Source: Phycisphaerales bacterium
GTDB taxonomy: Bacteria > Planctomycetota > Phycisphaerae > Phycisphaerales > UBA1924
Length of the DNA stretch: 64,000 nucleotides
Direction: 5' to 3'
Assembly: GCA_035299305.1 (NCBI GenBank)
Contig: DATGWV010000237.1
Coordinates: forward strand, 4,235-68,234
The stretch's first letter is position 1. Each line of letters opens with the position of its first letter. Of the stretch, positions 36,195-45,158 are shown piece by piece. The position numbers and the translations under genes were made by a program. The notes beneath the pieces were generated by a model. The model searched no databases. It saw only the letters and a list, made by a program, of their open reading frames with translations, and was not told the origin of the DNA.

Positions 36195-37976
36195 TTAGGT
36201 ATGTGTCGCACTGGGGTCGAGCATGCTGCTGCCATCCGCGGGCAGCACCATGCGGAACGTCGCACCTTTGCCTTCGTCACTCGTGAGCGTCAGCGTGCCG
36301 CCGTGTTGCTGAGCGACGCGCTTGGCCACGGCAAGGCCCAGGCCTGTGCCCTTCACGCCTTTGGTGGTGTGGAACGGTTCGAAGATCCAGCGTTGTTTGG
36401 CTTGGGGAATGCCGGCACCGTTGTCGATCACGGCGATGTCGACTTCGGCGTGACTGACGGTGGTGCCGTTGGTGCGTTTGGAGCCTTGCGGGCGATAGAC
36501 CACGCGCACGGTCACGATGCCTTCTTCGGGCTTCACGGCTTCGATCGCGTTGGTGATGAGGTTCATCAGCGCCTGGTGCAGCAGAGGCGGGTCAATCGGC
36601 ACGGGCGGCGTTTCGCTGTCGATGTCGACGACGAGCGCGACTTGTTTGCCGCGTGTCTGCGGCTCGAGAATCTCCACGCAGTCGTCGATGATGCCGCTGA
36701 GCTGCGCGAGTTCGGGCTCGATGCGACGCTGGCGTGAGAAGGCGAGCATGTTGAGCGTGAGGCTCACGATGCGCGAGAGGTTGCGATGCAGAATGGGCCA
36801 GCCGCCCTTGGCAATCTTCAGATCGTCTTTGCTGAGGCCCATTTCGACGACGTCGGCCCCGCCGCGAAGGCCTTGCAAGATGTTCTTGATGCTGTGGCTG
36901 AGCGTCGCGACGGTTTCACCGATGGCGGCGAGGCGTTCGGCTTGCAACTTCTCTTGGTAGAGCTGCGCGTTGGCGAGGGCGAGGCCGGCGTGCTGGCCCA
37001 CGGCGTTCATGAGCGCGAGTTGTTCAGCGGTAAAGGTGTAGTTGGCAACGCTGCTATCGATGTAAATCGCGCCGTAGGTCTTGTCGCGGAAGCGAATGGG
37101 CGAGCAGATCGCGCTGCGAATGCTCAGTCGCTGCACGCTGTCGCCCTTCGCGAAGCGCGGATCGGTCATGGCGTTGCTGGACAGGATGCCTTCGCTCTTG
37201 GTGATGACGTGCTGGAGAATGGTGCGCGAGACGTGGATCTTCTGGTCTTCCACCGCGAGCACCGCGTCGCGGTATCGCACGGCAGCGGGCAGATATCGCT
37301 GGTCGTTGGTTTCGTCAACGAGCATGATGCAACCGCGCTGCGGATGGAACTCACTGAAGACCAGGTCCATCACGCCTTCGAGCAACTGAGCGCGGTCCAT
37401 GACGCGCTCGGTCAGCATGCTGGTGAGGCGATAGATGATGCGCAGGTGATCCATCGCCGCCGCGCGGGGTTCGGGCTCGGCGAGAATCACGGAGTCGTCG
37501 TTGGGATTGCTGGGCACATTGGCGGGCGTTGTGCTGCGAGTTCCGCCGTTCGCGGGCTTGGGGGGTTTCTTGTCGTCCCGTGGCGTCAGCGTTTTCTCGC
37601 TGAGTGCATAGCTGGGTAGCGAGCGTTCGACGGTCGGCGTCAGTCGGTCCTTTCCAACCACGCGCACGCTCTCAGCGGCTTTGGTTTCCGTCACACCAAA
37701 CACCAGCACGCTCTGGCCCACGCGAATCTGATCACCCGGGCGCAGCCGCTCGCGCTGCCAGATGCGTGTGCCGTTCACGTATGTGCCGTTCTGACTTTCG
37801 AGGTCGCGGATGTACCAGACGCCATCGTCGGGCGTGAGTTCGGCGTGCCGGCGAGAGATGGCGTTGTCATCGATGGGCAGGGCCTCGCTGCTGCGCCCGA
37901 GCAACTGCGGCTCGTGATTGGGCAAGTTGAACGTCTTGCCTTTGCCGGGGCCTTGGATGACGGAGAGGACGAGCAT
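36195..37976 (-). CDS. FHA-GAF-histidine kinase (cytoplasmic sensor kinase)
   Basis: FHA: LGRSSEALPIDDNAISRRHAELT...IRDLESQNGTYVNG. A GAF-like middle region follows. HisKA: IGETVATLSHSIKNILQGL. HATPase: NLITNAIEA, VIDNGAGIP, GTGLGLAVAKRV. Confidence 0.85.
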   Translation of the reverse strand: MLVLSVIQGPGKGKTFNLPNHEPQLLGRSSEALPIDDNAISRRHAELTPDDGVWYIRDLESQNGTYVNGTRIWQRERLRPGDQIRVGQSVLVFGVTETKAAESVRVVGKDRLTPTVERSLPSYALSEKTLTPRDDKKPPKPANGGTRSTTPANVPSNPNDDSVILAEPEPRAAAMDHLRIIYRLTSMLTERVMDRAQLLEGVMDLVFSEFHPQRGCIMLVDETNDQRYLPAAVRYRDAVLAVEDQKIHVSRTILQHVITKSEGILSSNAMTDPRFAKGDSVQRLSIRSAICSPIRFRDKTYGAIYIDSSVANYTFTAEQLALMNAVGQHAGLALANAQLYQEKLQAERLAAIGETVATLSHSIKNILQGLRGGADVVEMGLSKDDLKIAKGGWPILHRNLSRIVSLTLNMLAFSRQRRIEPELAQLSGIIDDCVEILEPQTRGKQVALVVDIDSETPPVPIDPPLLHQALMNLITNAIEAVKPEEGIVTVRVVYRPQGSKRTNGTTVSHAEVDIAVIDNGAGIPQAKQRWIFEPFHTTKGVKGTGLGLAVAKRVAQQHGGTLTLTSDEGKGATFRMVLPADGSSMLDPSATHT

Positions 37977-38118
37977 GGGGGAGCGTAGTGGGGAAGGATC
38001 GAAGTACCAGAGTGCGAAGTGCCAGAGTGCAAAGTGTCGGGCGGCGGCCGGGCAGGGTTGTCAGCGAGGCGCGTCGCTCGGCTTTGCTAGTTGCCTGGGT
38101 CGCACCAGCAACGGTGTC

Positions 38119-38688
38119 TCACATTTCCTCCACCCACTCGCGCCACACGCGCAGCGCGCGTCGCCAGGGGTTTCGCGTTCCTGGCAGGCAATATGCGGGG
38201 TCAGTCCAGCGTTCCATGCACCAGATGAATCGGGCCACACTCGCTCGTTCCGCTGGCGACCACGGCGGCGGCTTGGCGATTTGGCGGAGTACTTCCGCAA
38301 ATCGCTGGTCGTCCAAATTGCGTGTGAGGGTTCGCGTGCGTTTTTCTTCCGGCTCGTCGCTGCCTCGGGCGAGCATGAGAAATCGCATCATCGTCGGAGG
38401 AACGTAGTAGCGGTATGCGGGACGCTCGAGGAAGACCCAGCCGCCGATGCCGCCGAACGGTCGCCAGCGTGCGTCATCGATGAGTTGCGTCCAATGCGTG
38501 TCGAGATCGGCCCGGCGAGCGGCCGCTCGTTCTTCGGCCGATCCGTAGTGGTCCACGACGACACTCTCCGACCACGACATCATCTCTGGGGCGCCCTTGC
38601 CACGGTGCACATGGGCGAAAGCCGCCGTGATGTCCGTCCGCAGGCGATCGCGCCACTCGATTTCGTGTGCTCGTAGCGGCCGAAACAT
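38119..38688 (-). CDS. Hypothetical protein
   Basis: 189-aa ORF starting at an ATG. I recognise no motif. It is W/R-rich and soluble. Confidence 0.45.
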   Translation of the reverse strand: MFRPLRAHEIEWRDRLRTDITAAFAHVHRGKGAPEMMSWSESVVVDHYGSAEERAAARRADLDTHWTQLIDDARWRPFGGIGGWVFLERPAYRYYVPPTMMRFLMLARGSDEPEEKRTRTLTRNLDDQRFAEVLRQIAKPPPWSPAERASVARFIWCMERWTDPAYCLPGTRNPWRRALRVWREWVEEM

Positions 38689-38928
38689 GTGTTGAGGGTA
38701 CGGGTAATGGGCTGGAAGTTGTTATCAGGCCTTCACGAGCCGGGAACCGCGACCCGATCGGCCTATCCCCCTCGCCCGGGTATCAATTACTCTGCATTGC
38801 ACGGAAAAATCCTGACAGTGCCCGCTGCCACCCGACGCATGTTCAGCAACCAGTTTGTCAGATTCGTGCCCCGGGGTGGATGGAAGGGGCGAGTGGTCTG
38901 GCCGTTTCCCGTTTCCAAGGAGTTTCTC

Positions 38929-40083
38929 ATGCACACGCGTCTTACTCGCCTCGCCCCCGTTGTCAGCCTCGCGTTGGTTCTCGCCGCTGGCAGCGTGCTG
39001 CCCGCCGCCCACGCCTCGGGCCTTGACGATTTCCCCCAGAACACCGTCTTCCCCGCAGCCAACACGCTGATCGGCTGGCAGGCGGCCATCGATGCGACGC
39101 GCAACGCGGCTGGCAACGGCGTTATCTCGCGCATCAAGCTGGAACGCGAGAACGGCGTGTGGGTGTATCGCTCGGAGATGGGCATCGGCACGTTCCGCCA
39201 GTCGGCCCGCGTGGAAGTGAACGCGACGACGGGCGCGGTCACTCGCATCCGTCGCAGCAACACGGGCGGCGGCGAGATGCGCAACCTGCAGAACATCGCC
39301 AATTCGCTCAGCACGATCACGGTGAGCTTCCCGCAAGCCGCGAGCATCGCGGAAGCGCGCGTGCCCGGTCTGCAGACGTATGACATCGCTCTCGAGCGGT
39401 CGGGCAGCCGGCCTCTGGCGTACAAGGTGCAGATGTGGGTCTCTGGCGGCGCCGCGGAAGTCCGCGTGAACGCCGTGACGGGCGCGATCATCAGCGTGCA
39501 GACGGTCGGCACGATTCCGCAGGGCGGCACCACGCCTCCTGCTGGTGGCGGCACGACCCCGCCCGCCGGTGGTGGCACCACGCCTCCGGCTGGTGGCGGC
39601 ACGACTCCGCCCGCAGGCGGCGGCGTCACGCCGGTCGCGCTGACGGGTGACACACTGAAGCTTGCGAACGCGATCAGCGCGTCGCTCGCGACCGAACCGG
39701 CTGGCACGCTCTTCTTGGAAGCGTCGTTCAAACGCAACCGCTTCATCAACAGCATCGAAGTGAAGACCGTTGAATCGGGCTCGCTCGCGGCTGAGGAAAT
39801 CACCCTCAGCACCAGCACCGGCGCCATCACCCGTCGTGAGAACGAAGGCCTGGATGCGGGCGATGCGGCGCAGGCCAGCGCTCTGTTCGCGGCTCTGAAC
39901 GGCCAGACTGTCATTGGTCACGCCGACGCCATGGGCCGCGCTCTTGCCGTCCGCTCGGGCCAGGTGACCGAAGTTGAAATGCAGATGCTGGGCGCCACGG
40001 CCATCTACGAAGTGAAGGTGCAGCAAGGCACCCGCGAGCGCAGCGTGAAGGTCAATGCCATCACCGGCGCGATCATCCAGTAA
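38929..40083 (+). CDS. Secreted PepSY-domain repeat protein with an internal (GGTTPPAG)x4 linker
   Basis: Track ORF 38689..40083. The ATG at 38929 is preceded by aaggag and gives MHTRLTRLAPVVSLALVLAAGSVLPAAHA. PepSY-like units are seen in RIKLERENGVWVYRSEM, YDIALERSGSRPLAYKVQM...VRVNAVTGAIISV and EVEMQMLGATAIYEVKV...VKVNAITGAII. Confidence 0.7.
   Translation: MHTRLTRLAPVVSLALVLAAGSVLPAAHASGLDDFPQNTVFPAANTLIGWQAAIDATRNAAGNGVISRIKLERENGVWVYRSEMGIGTFRQSARVEVNATTGAVTRIRRSNTGGGEMRNLQNIANSLSTITVSFPQAASIAEARVPGLQTYDIALERSGSRPLAYKVQMWVSGGAAEVRVNAVTGAIISVQTVGTIPQGGTTPPAGGGTTPPAGGGTTPPAGGGTTPPAGGGVTPVALTGDTLKLANAISASLATEPAGTLFLEASFKRNRFINSIEVKTVESGSLAAEEITLSTSTGAITRRENEGLDAGDAAQASALFAALNGQTVIGHADAMGRALAVRSGQVTEVEMQMLGATAIYEVKVQQGTRERSVKVNAITGAIIQ
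39523..39618 (+). repeat. Coding 24-bp tandem repeat x4 (GGTTPPAG)
   Basis: ggcggcaccacgcctcctgctggt / ggcggcacgaccccgcccgccggt / ggtggcaccacgcctccggctggt / ggcggcacgactccgcccgcaggc. The units differ only at synonymous positions. Confidence 0.8.
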
Positions 40084-40297
40084 CCGTCCCTTCTCGTGAA
40101 GCACGATCGCTCGTGTCGCGTTCTGTCAACATCGCTTCCCCCTCCGATGTTGGCATCCTCCGCACACGAGCGATCGAGCCTGACAACGCCTGCCTGCAAG
40201 CAGGCGTTGTCGCTTTTGCCTCCGCTCCTTCCCCAACACGAGCGGTGGGGGCGGGCCCAGTAGCCAAGGCCCCCCGCCCCGTGTATGCTGCATCCGC

Positions 40298-41758
40298 GTG
40301 ATGGAGGCTTCCCAGTCCGGCGACAGCCACGCGTCCCACGCGCTTGCCGAAGGCTCGCGCGAGTTCTGGGCCGCGTTCGATGCTGAACGCGCTCGCATTC
40401 TGCGTCGACGCATGCTGTGGTACAGCGGCGTGATGATGTTTCTGCTGGCGATCGCGGTACTGGGCAACCTGATTCAGTATCTCAATCCCACGTACGCGGA
40501 TGGCACGCCCAAGCGGAACATCGAGTTTGAACTGATCTCCGTCGGCGGCGGATTTCTGGCCTTCGCGGTGATGTTTGTGCTCGTGCGTGTGCGAAAGCCG
40601 GACCGCCGGCGGCTGGTGTCGCTCACGACGATCATTTCGATTGTCGCCGCTGCGGTGATCACGACGTTCTACACGCTCGCGGTGATGGTTGATGCGCCGC
40701 AGAGCCAAGGCGGGACAGTGCCCGACAATGATCCGACGCATGCGCACGACATGGTCGTGATCAACACGTTCTTTGTGCAGGCGATGGCGTGCCTGCTGAT
40801 TCCCATGCCGATGCGCGAGTCGTCTCGGTTTTCATTGCCTGCGTGGCTTCTGATTCCGCTGACGCTTGCGCTGATCGTGCAAGCCACGACGCGGCAGACG
40901 ATCGGGTACAGCATTCTGGGCGCTGTCGTGATGCTGCTGCCCATGCTCTGGAGCGCGTGGCGGTATCGGGAGATGGACGCTCGCTTCACGTCGCACCAGC
41001 GGCTGGCGAAGTTTGAGGAGGTCGCATCCGAACTTGCGTACGCGCGTCGCATTCATGAAGCGTTGTTTCCGCCGTTCATCACGCGCGGGCCGATTCGCGT
41101 CGCGTACACGTATGAGCCGATGCGTGAGATCGGCGGCGACTTTCTGTTCGTCTGGCCTTTGCATGCACCGCCCAGTCAGAGCGATGCGCCCATCACGATC
41201 GTGCTGATTGACGTTTCGGGGCACGGCGTTGCGGCGGCACTGGCAGTGAACCGGTTTCATGGCGAGCTTCGCCGATTCTTTGCCGCCTCGCCGCAGGGGA
41301 CGCCCGCGGAGTTGATCACAGCGCTGAATGCGTTCGCGCATGAGGAGCTCGCACCGCAGGCGGTTTTCGCCACAGCGATGTGCGTGCAAGTTGACCCGCG
41401 CACCAACGTGGTGCTGGCCGCGAATGCAGGACATCCGCCCGCATTGCACCGCAGCGCGGCGGGAGCGATCACGCCGATCAATGCAACGGCGACGATGCTC
41501 GGTGTGCTGCCGCCTGACTTGTTTGCGTCAGACCCTTGCGAGCTCTCGCTTTCGCCTGGTGACACGCTGCTGATGTACACCGACGGCCTGAGCGAAACGG
41601 CGGGAGACAACAACGAGTTCTTCGGTGTGGAACGCATTGCCGAGGTGCTAAAGGACACGGGACGCGAACCGCACACGCAGCTAGCTCGGCGGGCCGCGTC
41701 GTTCCGCGTGGGTTCGTCGCGCGACGATCTGCTGGTGGTGCAAGTCACGCGAGCGTGA
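40298..41758 (+). CDS. Membrane-bound PP2C/SpoIIE-family serine phosphatase
   Basis: A multi-TM N-terminal half is followed by YARRIHEALFPP...EIGGDFLFV...VLIDVSGHGVAAAL...NAGHPPAL...LLMYTDGLSE. Confidence 0.8.
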   Translation: MMEASQSGDSHASHALAEGSREFWAAFDAERARILRRRMLWYSGVMMFLLAIAVLGNLIQYLNPTYADGTPKRNIEFELISVGGGFLAFAVMFVLVRVRKPDRRRLVSLTTIISIVAAAVITTFYTLAVMVDAPQSQGGTVPDNDPTHAHDMVVINTFFVQAMACLLIPMPMRESSRFSLPAWLLIPLTLALIVQATTRQTIGYSILGAVVMLLPMLWSAWRYREMDARFTSHQRLAKFEEVASELAYARRIHEALFPPFITRGPIRVAYTYEPMREIGGDFLFVWPLHAPPSQSDAPITIVLIDVSGHGVAAALAVNRFHGELRRFFAASPQGTPAELITALNAFAHEELAPQAVFATAMCVQVDPRTNVVLAANAGHPPALHRSAAGAITPINATATMLGVLPPDLFASDPCELSLSPGDTLLMYTDGLSETAGDNNEFFGVERIAEVLKDTGREPHTQLARRAASFRVGSSRDDLLVVQVTRA

Positions 41759-42762
41759 AGGATGGTTCACTCGGGCTCGTCGGGCGCGGGGCCCTCATAA
41801 CCTGCTGTGTGCAATCTGGCGATTCCAGCCTCGTCAAACTCGCGACCGATCAGGTGCTGGTCATCGCCACCGTGGTCGGCGCGGCTGCCACTCTGCCTGC
41901 GCTGATTGAGTTCATTCTCGAATGGCGCAAGCGCCGGGAGCGCGTGGCGCTGAGCATGGATGATGAGCCGCTCACGGCGACGAGCCCGGATGATGTGCAG
42001 CTTGTGGGCCTGAATCATGTGCTGGCGGATATCGCGGACCTCATCGATCGTGCGCGGTTTCCGCAGGCTTATCGCGATTTGAAGCTGGGCAACGAGTTGC
42101 TCATTCTGGGGCCGCATCTTTCGGGGAAGAAGACGCTTGCTCGCCGGATCGCGCAGCTCGCGGGTATTCCACGCATCATCACCATCTACAACCCGCGCAA
42201 CAGCGATGCGCTCGCGAAGGCCAAGTCGCGGCTGCGTCGCAAGACGGATGACAAGATCGCGCTCTTGCTGCCGAACCTTGATCAGGTCTTTGAGTCCGAC
42301 GCGCCGCAGAGTGATCGGGATGAGGAAGTGGAAGCCGAGCTGGATGCACTCATCGAGACGGTTGCCAATCGTCCCAACGTGCTCATTATCGCGACGGCCA
42401 GCAAGCTGACTGAAGGCGACGATCTCGACAATCTATTCGGCATGAAGATCGTGCTGCCCGGCGCGGCTCCGATCGGCCGGCGACCGGGTTCGCTGTCTCC
42501 CGATCACAAGGCGTTGCTGCGCGAAGTCGCGACGCATTATCTCAAGCGAGCGAACGAAGCGGGCTGCGTGCTTATGGGCATTTCTGCGGCGGAGGCCATC
42601 GAACGCATCTTGAGTCGGGCCGCGAACGCTGCAGAGGTGGAAGAGATTATCGAGTCGGCGCGGACGACGGCGATTTATCAGCAGCGAACAGGGGTTGCGC
42701 CGGCGATGCATGTGACGCAGGAGTCGCTGGAAAAGGGCATTCGCCGCGTGATGGGCGCGTGA
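41755..42762 (+). CDS. Membrane-anchored AAA+-like protein with degenerate Walker motifs
   Basis: The GTG start overlaps the phosphatase stop (GTGA). There is one TM helix (VLVIATVVGAAATLPALIEFIL). The Walker-A-like motif is LILGPHLSGKKTLARRIA, the Walker-B position reads ALLLPNLDQVF, and the sensor-1 region reads VLIIATASKL. Confidence 0.65.
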   Translation: MKDGSLGLVGRGALITCCVQSGDSSLVKLATDQVLVIATVVGAAATLPALIEFILEWRKRRERVALSMDDEPLTATSPDDVQLVGLNHVLADIADLIDRARFPQAYRDLKLGNELLILGPHLSGKKTLARRIAQLAGIPRIITIYNPRNSDALAKAKSRLRRKTDDKIALLLPNLDQVFESDAPQSDRDEEVEAELDALIETVANRPNVLIIATASKLTEGDDLDNLFGMKIVLPGAAPIGRRPGSLSPDHKALLREVATHYLKRANEAGCVLMGISAAEAIERILSRAANAAEVEEIIESARTTAIYQQRTGVAPAMHVTQESLEKGIRRVMGA

Positions 42763-43172
42763 GTCAATCGCGTTTGGTCGATTGTCAATGGGCCGCTGGT
42801 CGGTTCAGCACATCGCGAGGAAGCTGAGCAGGCTCAGGATGATGATCCGCTTGCGAGTGTCCGACATGGAGAGCAGGAGAGTCATAAACGCCTCGTCTCG
42901 AATTGTGTCCAGCGGTGCGGCGGTCGCCGAGATCGCTGTCCCGACGCTCGTGTCTGGTGTCGCGACCGCATCAAGCAGGTCGCTGGTCGCACCAAACTGT
43001 CGAACATCGATGCTGGTCATAGATCAACCCGCGTGCCAAGTCTGAGGCGTGAGAACGTGGAGTGCATGCTACCGCGCCAAAGTCGGTTTGTGAAGCCGAT
43101 TTGCGACGTTTTGCGGCTTCTAGGACGACGGGCTCGCCAGACCTCGCGTGCAATGTGCCGAATGTTGCGACG

Positions 43173-45101
43173 ATGCATCATCACCCGTGCAACACTTGTG
43201 GCGTGAACGCAACACCCCCGCGCCCGCATTGCTTTTCCATCTTCCCGCTGCGACGATCTGTGTGTTATTGCGCGCTGGTCGCAATTCCGCTGCTGGTCGC
43301 GACACATGCGGCGGCGCAGGCCCCAGAACCGAGTTCTGCGGTGCCCGCGTCGGGCGTCGCCGCTCCGGTTGTTGTTGCGCCGGTTGTTGATAGCGGACTT
43401 GCACGCACGGCGTTGAGCTACGTGCAGCAGCGGTTGGTGCATTGGCGTGGCGAGGGCGACGAGTCGGTCGCGCCGTCACTGGCGGGCGCATCAGCGGTCA
43501 GCGTGACGCTTCGTCTTGAAGGGCAGCTCATCGCGCGAAGCGAAGCACTCGGCGCTGACAGTCTCGAAGCCGTCGTGACGCGAGCACTCGCGCAGGCGGA
43601 TACGAAGATTCCTGCGGCCAACGATGCGTTGCAACTGCAAGCCAGGCGGCAGATGCAATCTCGTGTCATCGCGACGGTTGAACTCGCTGGTGAACGCTTG
43701 CCACTGGATGCGACGACATTCGCGCAGACGAACGCGGATGTGAAGCCGGGCGTTGAGGCGATTGTGGTGGAAGTGGGGGAGAAGCAAGAGGTTCTCTTTC
43801 CGTTGCGCATGTTGCAGGCCGGTGATTTGCCCGCGCAGGCAATCATCTCCAGCATCGCGCAGCTTTCGGGTGATCCGGCGATGCCGATGCCGGGCGTGAT
43901 CGGGCAGGAACTGGGCGACTTGCGTCGCACGAAAGCCGTGCGTGTGTTCAGGTCGTCTGTCGTGCAGATGACGCAGCTCACGCCGGGCGGCCCTGGCATG
44001 CTTCTCACACGCGGCTCGCGCGTCGTTGCGTTGCGAGAAGTCAATCTCGCGATGCTGACCGACTTTCGCGAGCGGCTGATCGATCACATCGATACACGCA
44101 TCGCCCGAACGCCTGATGGCTCGCAGCTGTTTGCAACGTACTTCCCGTATCAGGATCGGGCCGATAGCGTTGCATCGCCCTTGCAGCGGGCAGTTTTGTG
44201 TGCCACGCTTGCACGAAGCACTCCACGCGGCGCGGCGTTCGCACGCGAGTTGCTCAACGATCTCATCACGCACGATGCTCGCAGTCTCAAGGAGCCGACG
44301 ACCGCTGCGGCGGCGGTTGTCACGATGGCGTGGCTCAAGACGCCCATTAACGACGATGCATGGCGAGCTGCGCTGACGCAAGCACGCGACACGCTTGCGG
44401 CGAGCTACGCGAATGACGCATGGGCTGACACTGTGCCGACAGGGAGCCGAGCGATGGTCACGCTCGCGCTTTCGCATCTGGCCACAACATTCGCGAACGA
44501 AGCGACACGTACTGCCGACGTGGCGCGGGCCTCCGCTGCGACACGCTCGCTGCTCGCGAACACGACGCCTGGTTCACTGGTGACGCACATGCCGTGGCTC
44601 GGTTATGCGCAGCAGCAACTGGCCGGCGATGAACCGATTGCCGCCGCGCCTGCTCTGCGCGACATGCGAGCGATGTTCTGGGAGCGCTCGCTGCAAGCCG
44701 GTACGTCTGACACGGCGGACCTCGAAGGCGGCGTGATCTTCGGCTCGCGCGATCCGTCAGGCATCGCTGGGCCGACGTGGAACACCGCGCGTCCGGTGGC
44801 ATTTGTCGCGGCGATGCTGCGTGATGCTCGATTTACTGATGATGCCGAGACATATTCGCAGCTGAGCAAGCTGCTCCCCTCGCTGCGATTCCTGCGTCAG
44901 CTCGCGATTGATGATGCGAGCGCGTTTGCATGTCCGCAGCCGCGCCGAGCGATGTGGGGCGTGCGTGTCGCGCCGTGGGATCAGCGGCAACCCATTGAAA
45001 GCAGCGCGATGACACTGCTCGCCGTCAGCGAAGCGATTGAGAGCATCAATGCGATTGCGTCGCGAGCCCCCGCTGCGGTGCCTGCGCCGCCAGCGAAGTA
45101 G
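43173..45101 (+). CDS. Hypothetical secreted protein (~640 aa)
   Basis: Track ORF 43062..45101. An ATG at 43173 is followed by the hydrophobic VCYCALVAIPLLVATHAAAQA. The protein looks helical-repeat-like, but I recognise no family. Confidence 0.55.
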   Translation: MHHHPCNTCGVNATPPRPHCFSIFPLRRSVCYCALVAIPLLVATHAAAQAPEPSSAVPASGVAAPVVVAPVVDSGLARTALSYVQQRLVHWRGEGDESVAPSLAGASAVSVTLRLEGQLIARSEALGADSLEAVVTRALAQADTKIPAANDALQLQARRQMQSRVIATVELAGERLPLDATTFAQTNADVKPGVEAIVVEVGEKQEVLFPLRMLQAGDLPAQAIISSIAQLSGDPAMPMPGVIGQELGDLRRTKAVRVFRSSVVQMTQLTPGGPGMLLTRGSRVVALREVNLAMLTDFRERLIDHIDTRIARTPDGSQLFATYFPYQDRADSVASPLQRAVLCATLARSTPRGAAFARELLNDLITHDARSLKEPTTAAAAVVTMAWLKTPINDDAWRAALTQARDTLAASYANDAWADTVPTGSRAMVTLALSHLATTFANEATRTADVARASAATRSLLANTTPGSLVTHMPWLGYAQQQLAGDEPIAAAPALRDMRAMFWERSLQAGTSDTADLEGGVIFGSRDPSGIAGPTWNTARPVAFVAAMLRDARFTDDAETYSQLSKLLPSLRFLRQLAIDDASAFACPQPRRAMWGVRVAPWDQRQPIESSAMTLLAVSEAIESINAIASRAPAAVPAPPAK

Positions 45102-45158
45102 TTTTTCGCGTGGGAGCAGTGCCACAGTTCTCGCCAAGCAGCATCTCATGAGTATCGC

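Noticed and set aside
39523-39640. Regularly spaced short repeats that could superficially suggest a CRISPR-like array.
   Set aside because: The repeats are contiguous 24-bp units with no spacers. They lie inside a well-supported ORF and translate to a Gly/Thr/Pro linker. No CRISPR array is present in the window.
42805-43020. 71-aa minus-strand ORF with a hydrophobic C-terminal tail (…RKRIIILSLLSFLAMC) between the AAA+-like gene and the 640-aa secreted protein.
   Set aside because: It could be a small tail-anchored peptide. However, it has no recognisable RBS or motif and sits in a short region of atypical composition. The evidence is too weak for a feature call.
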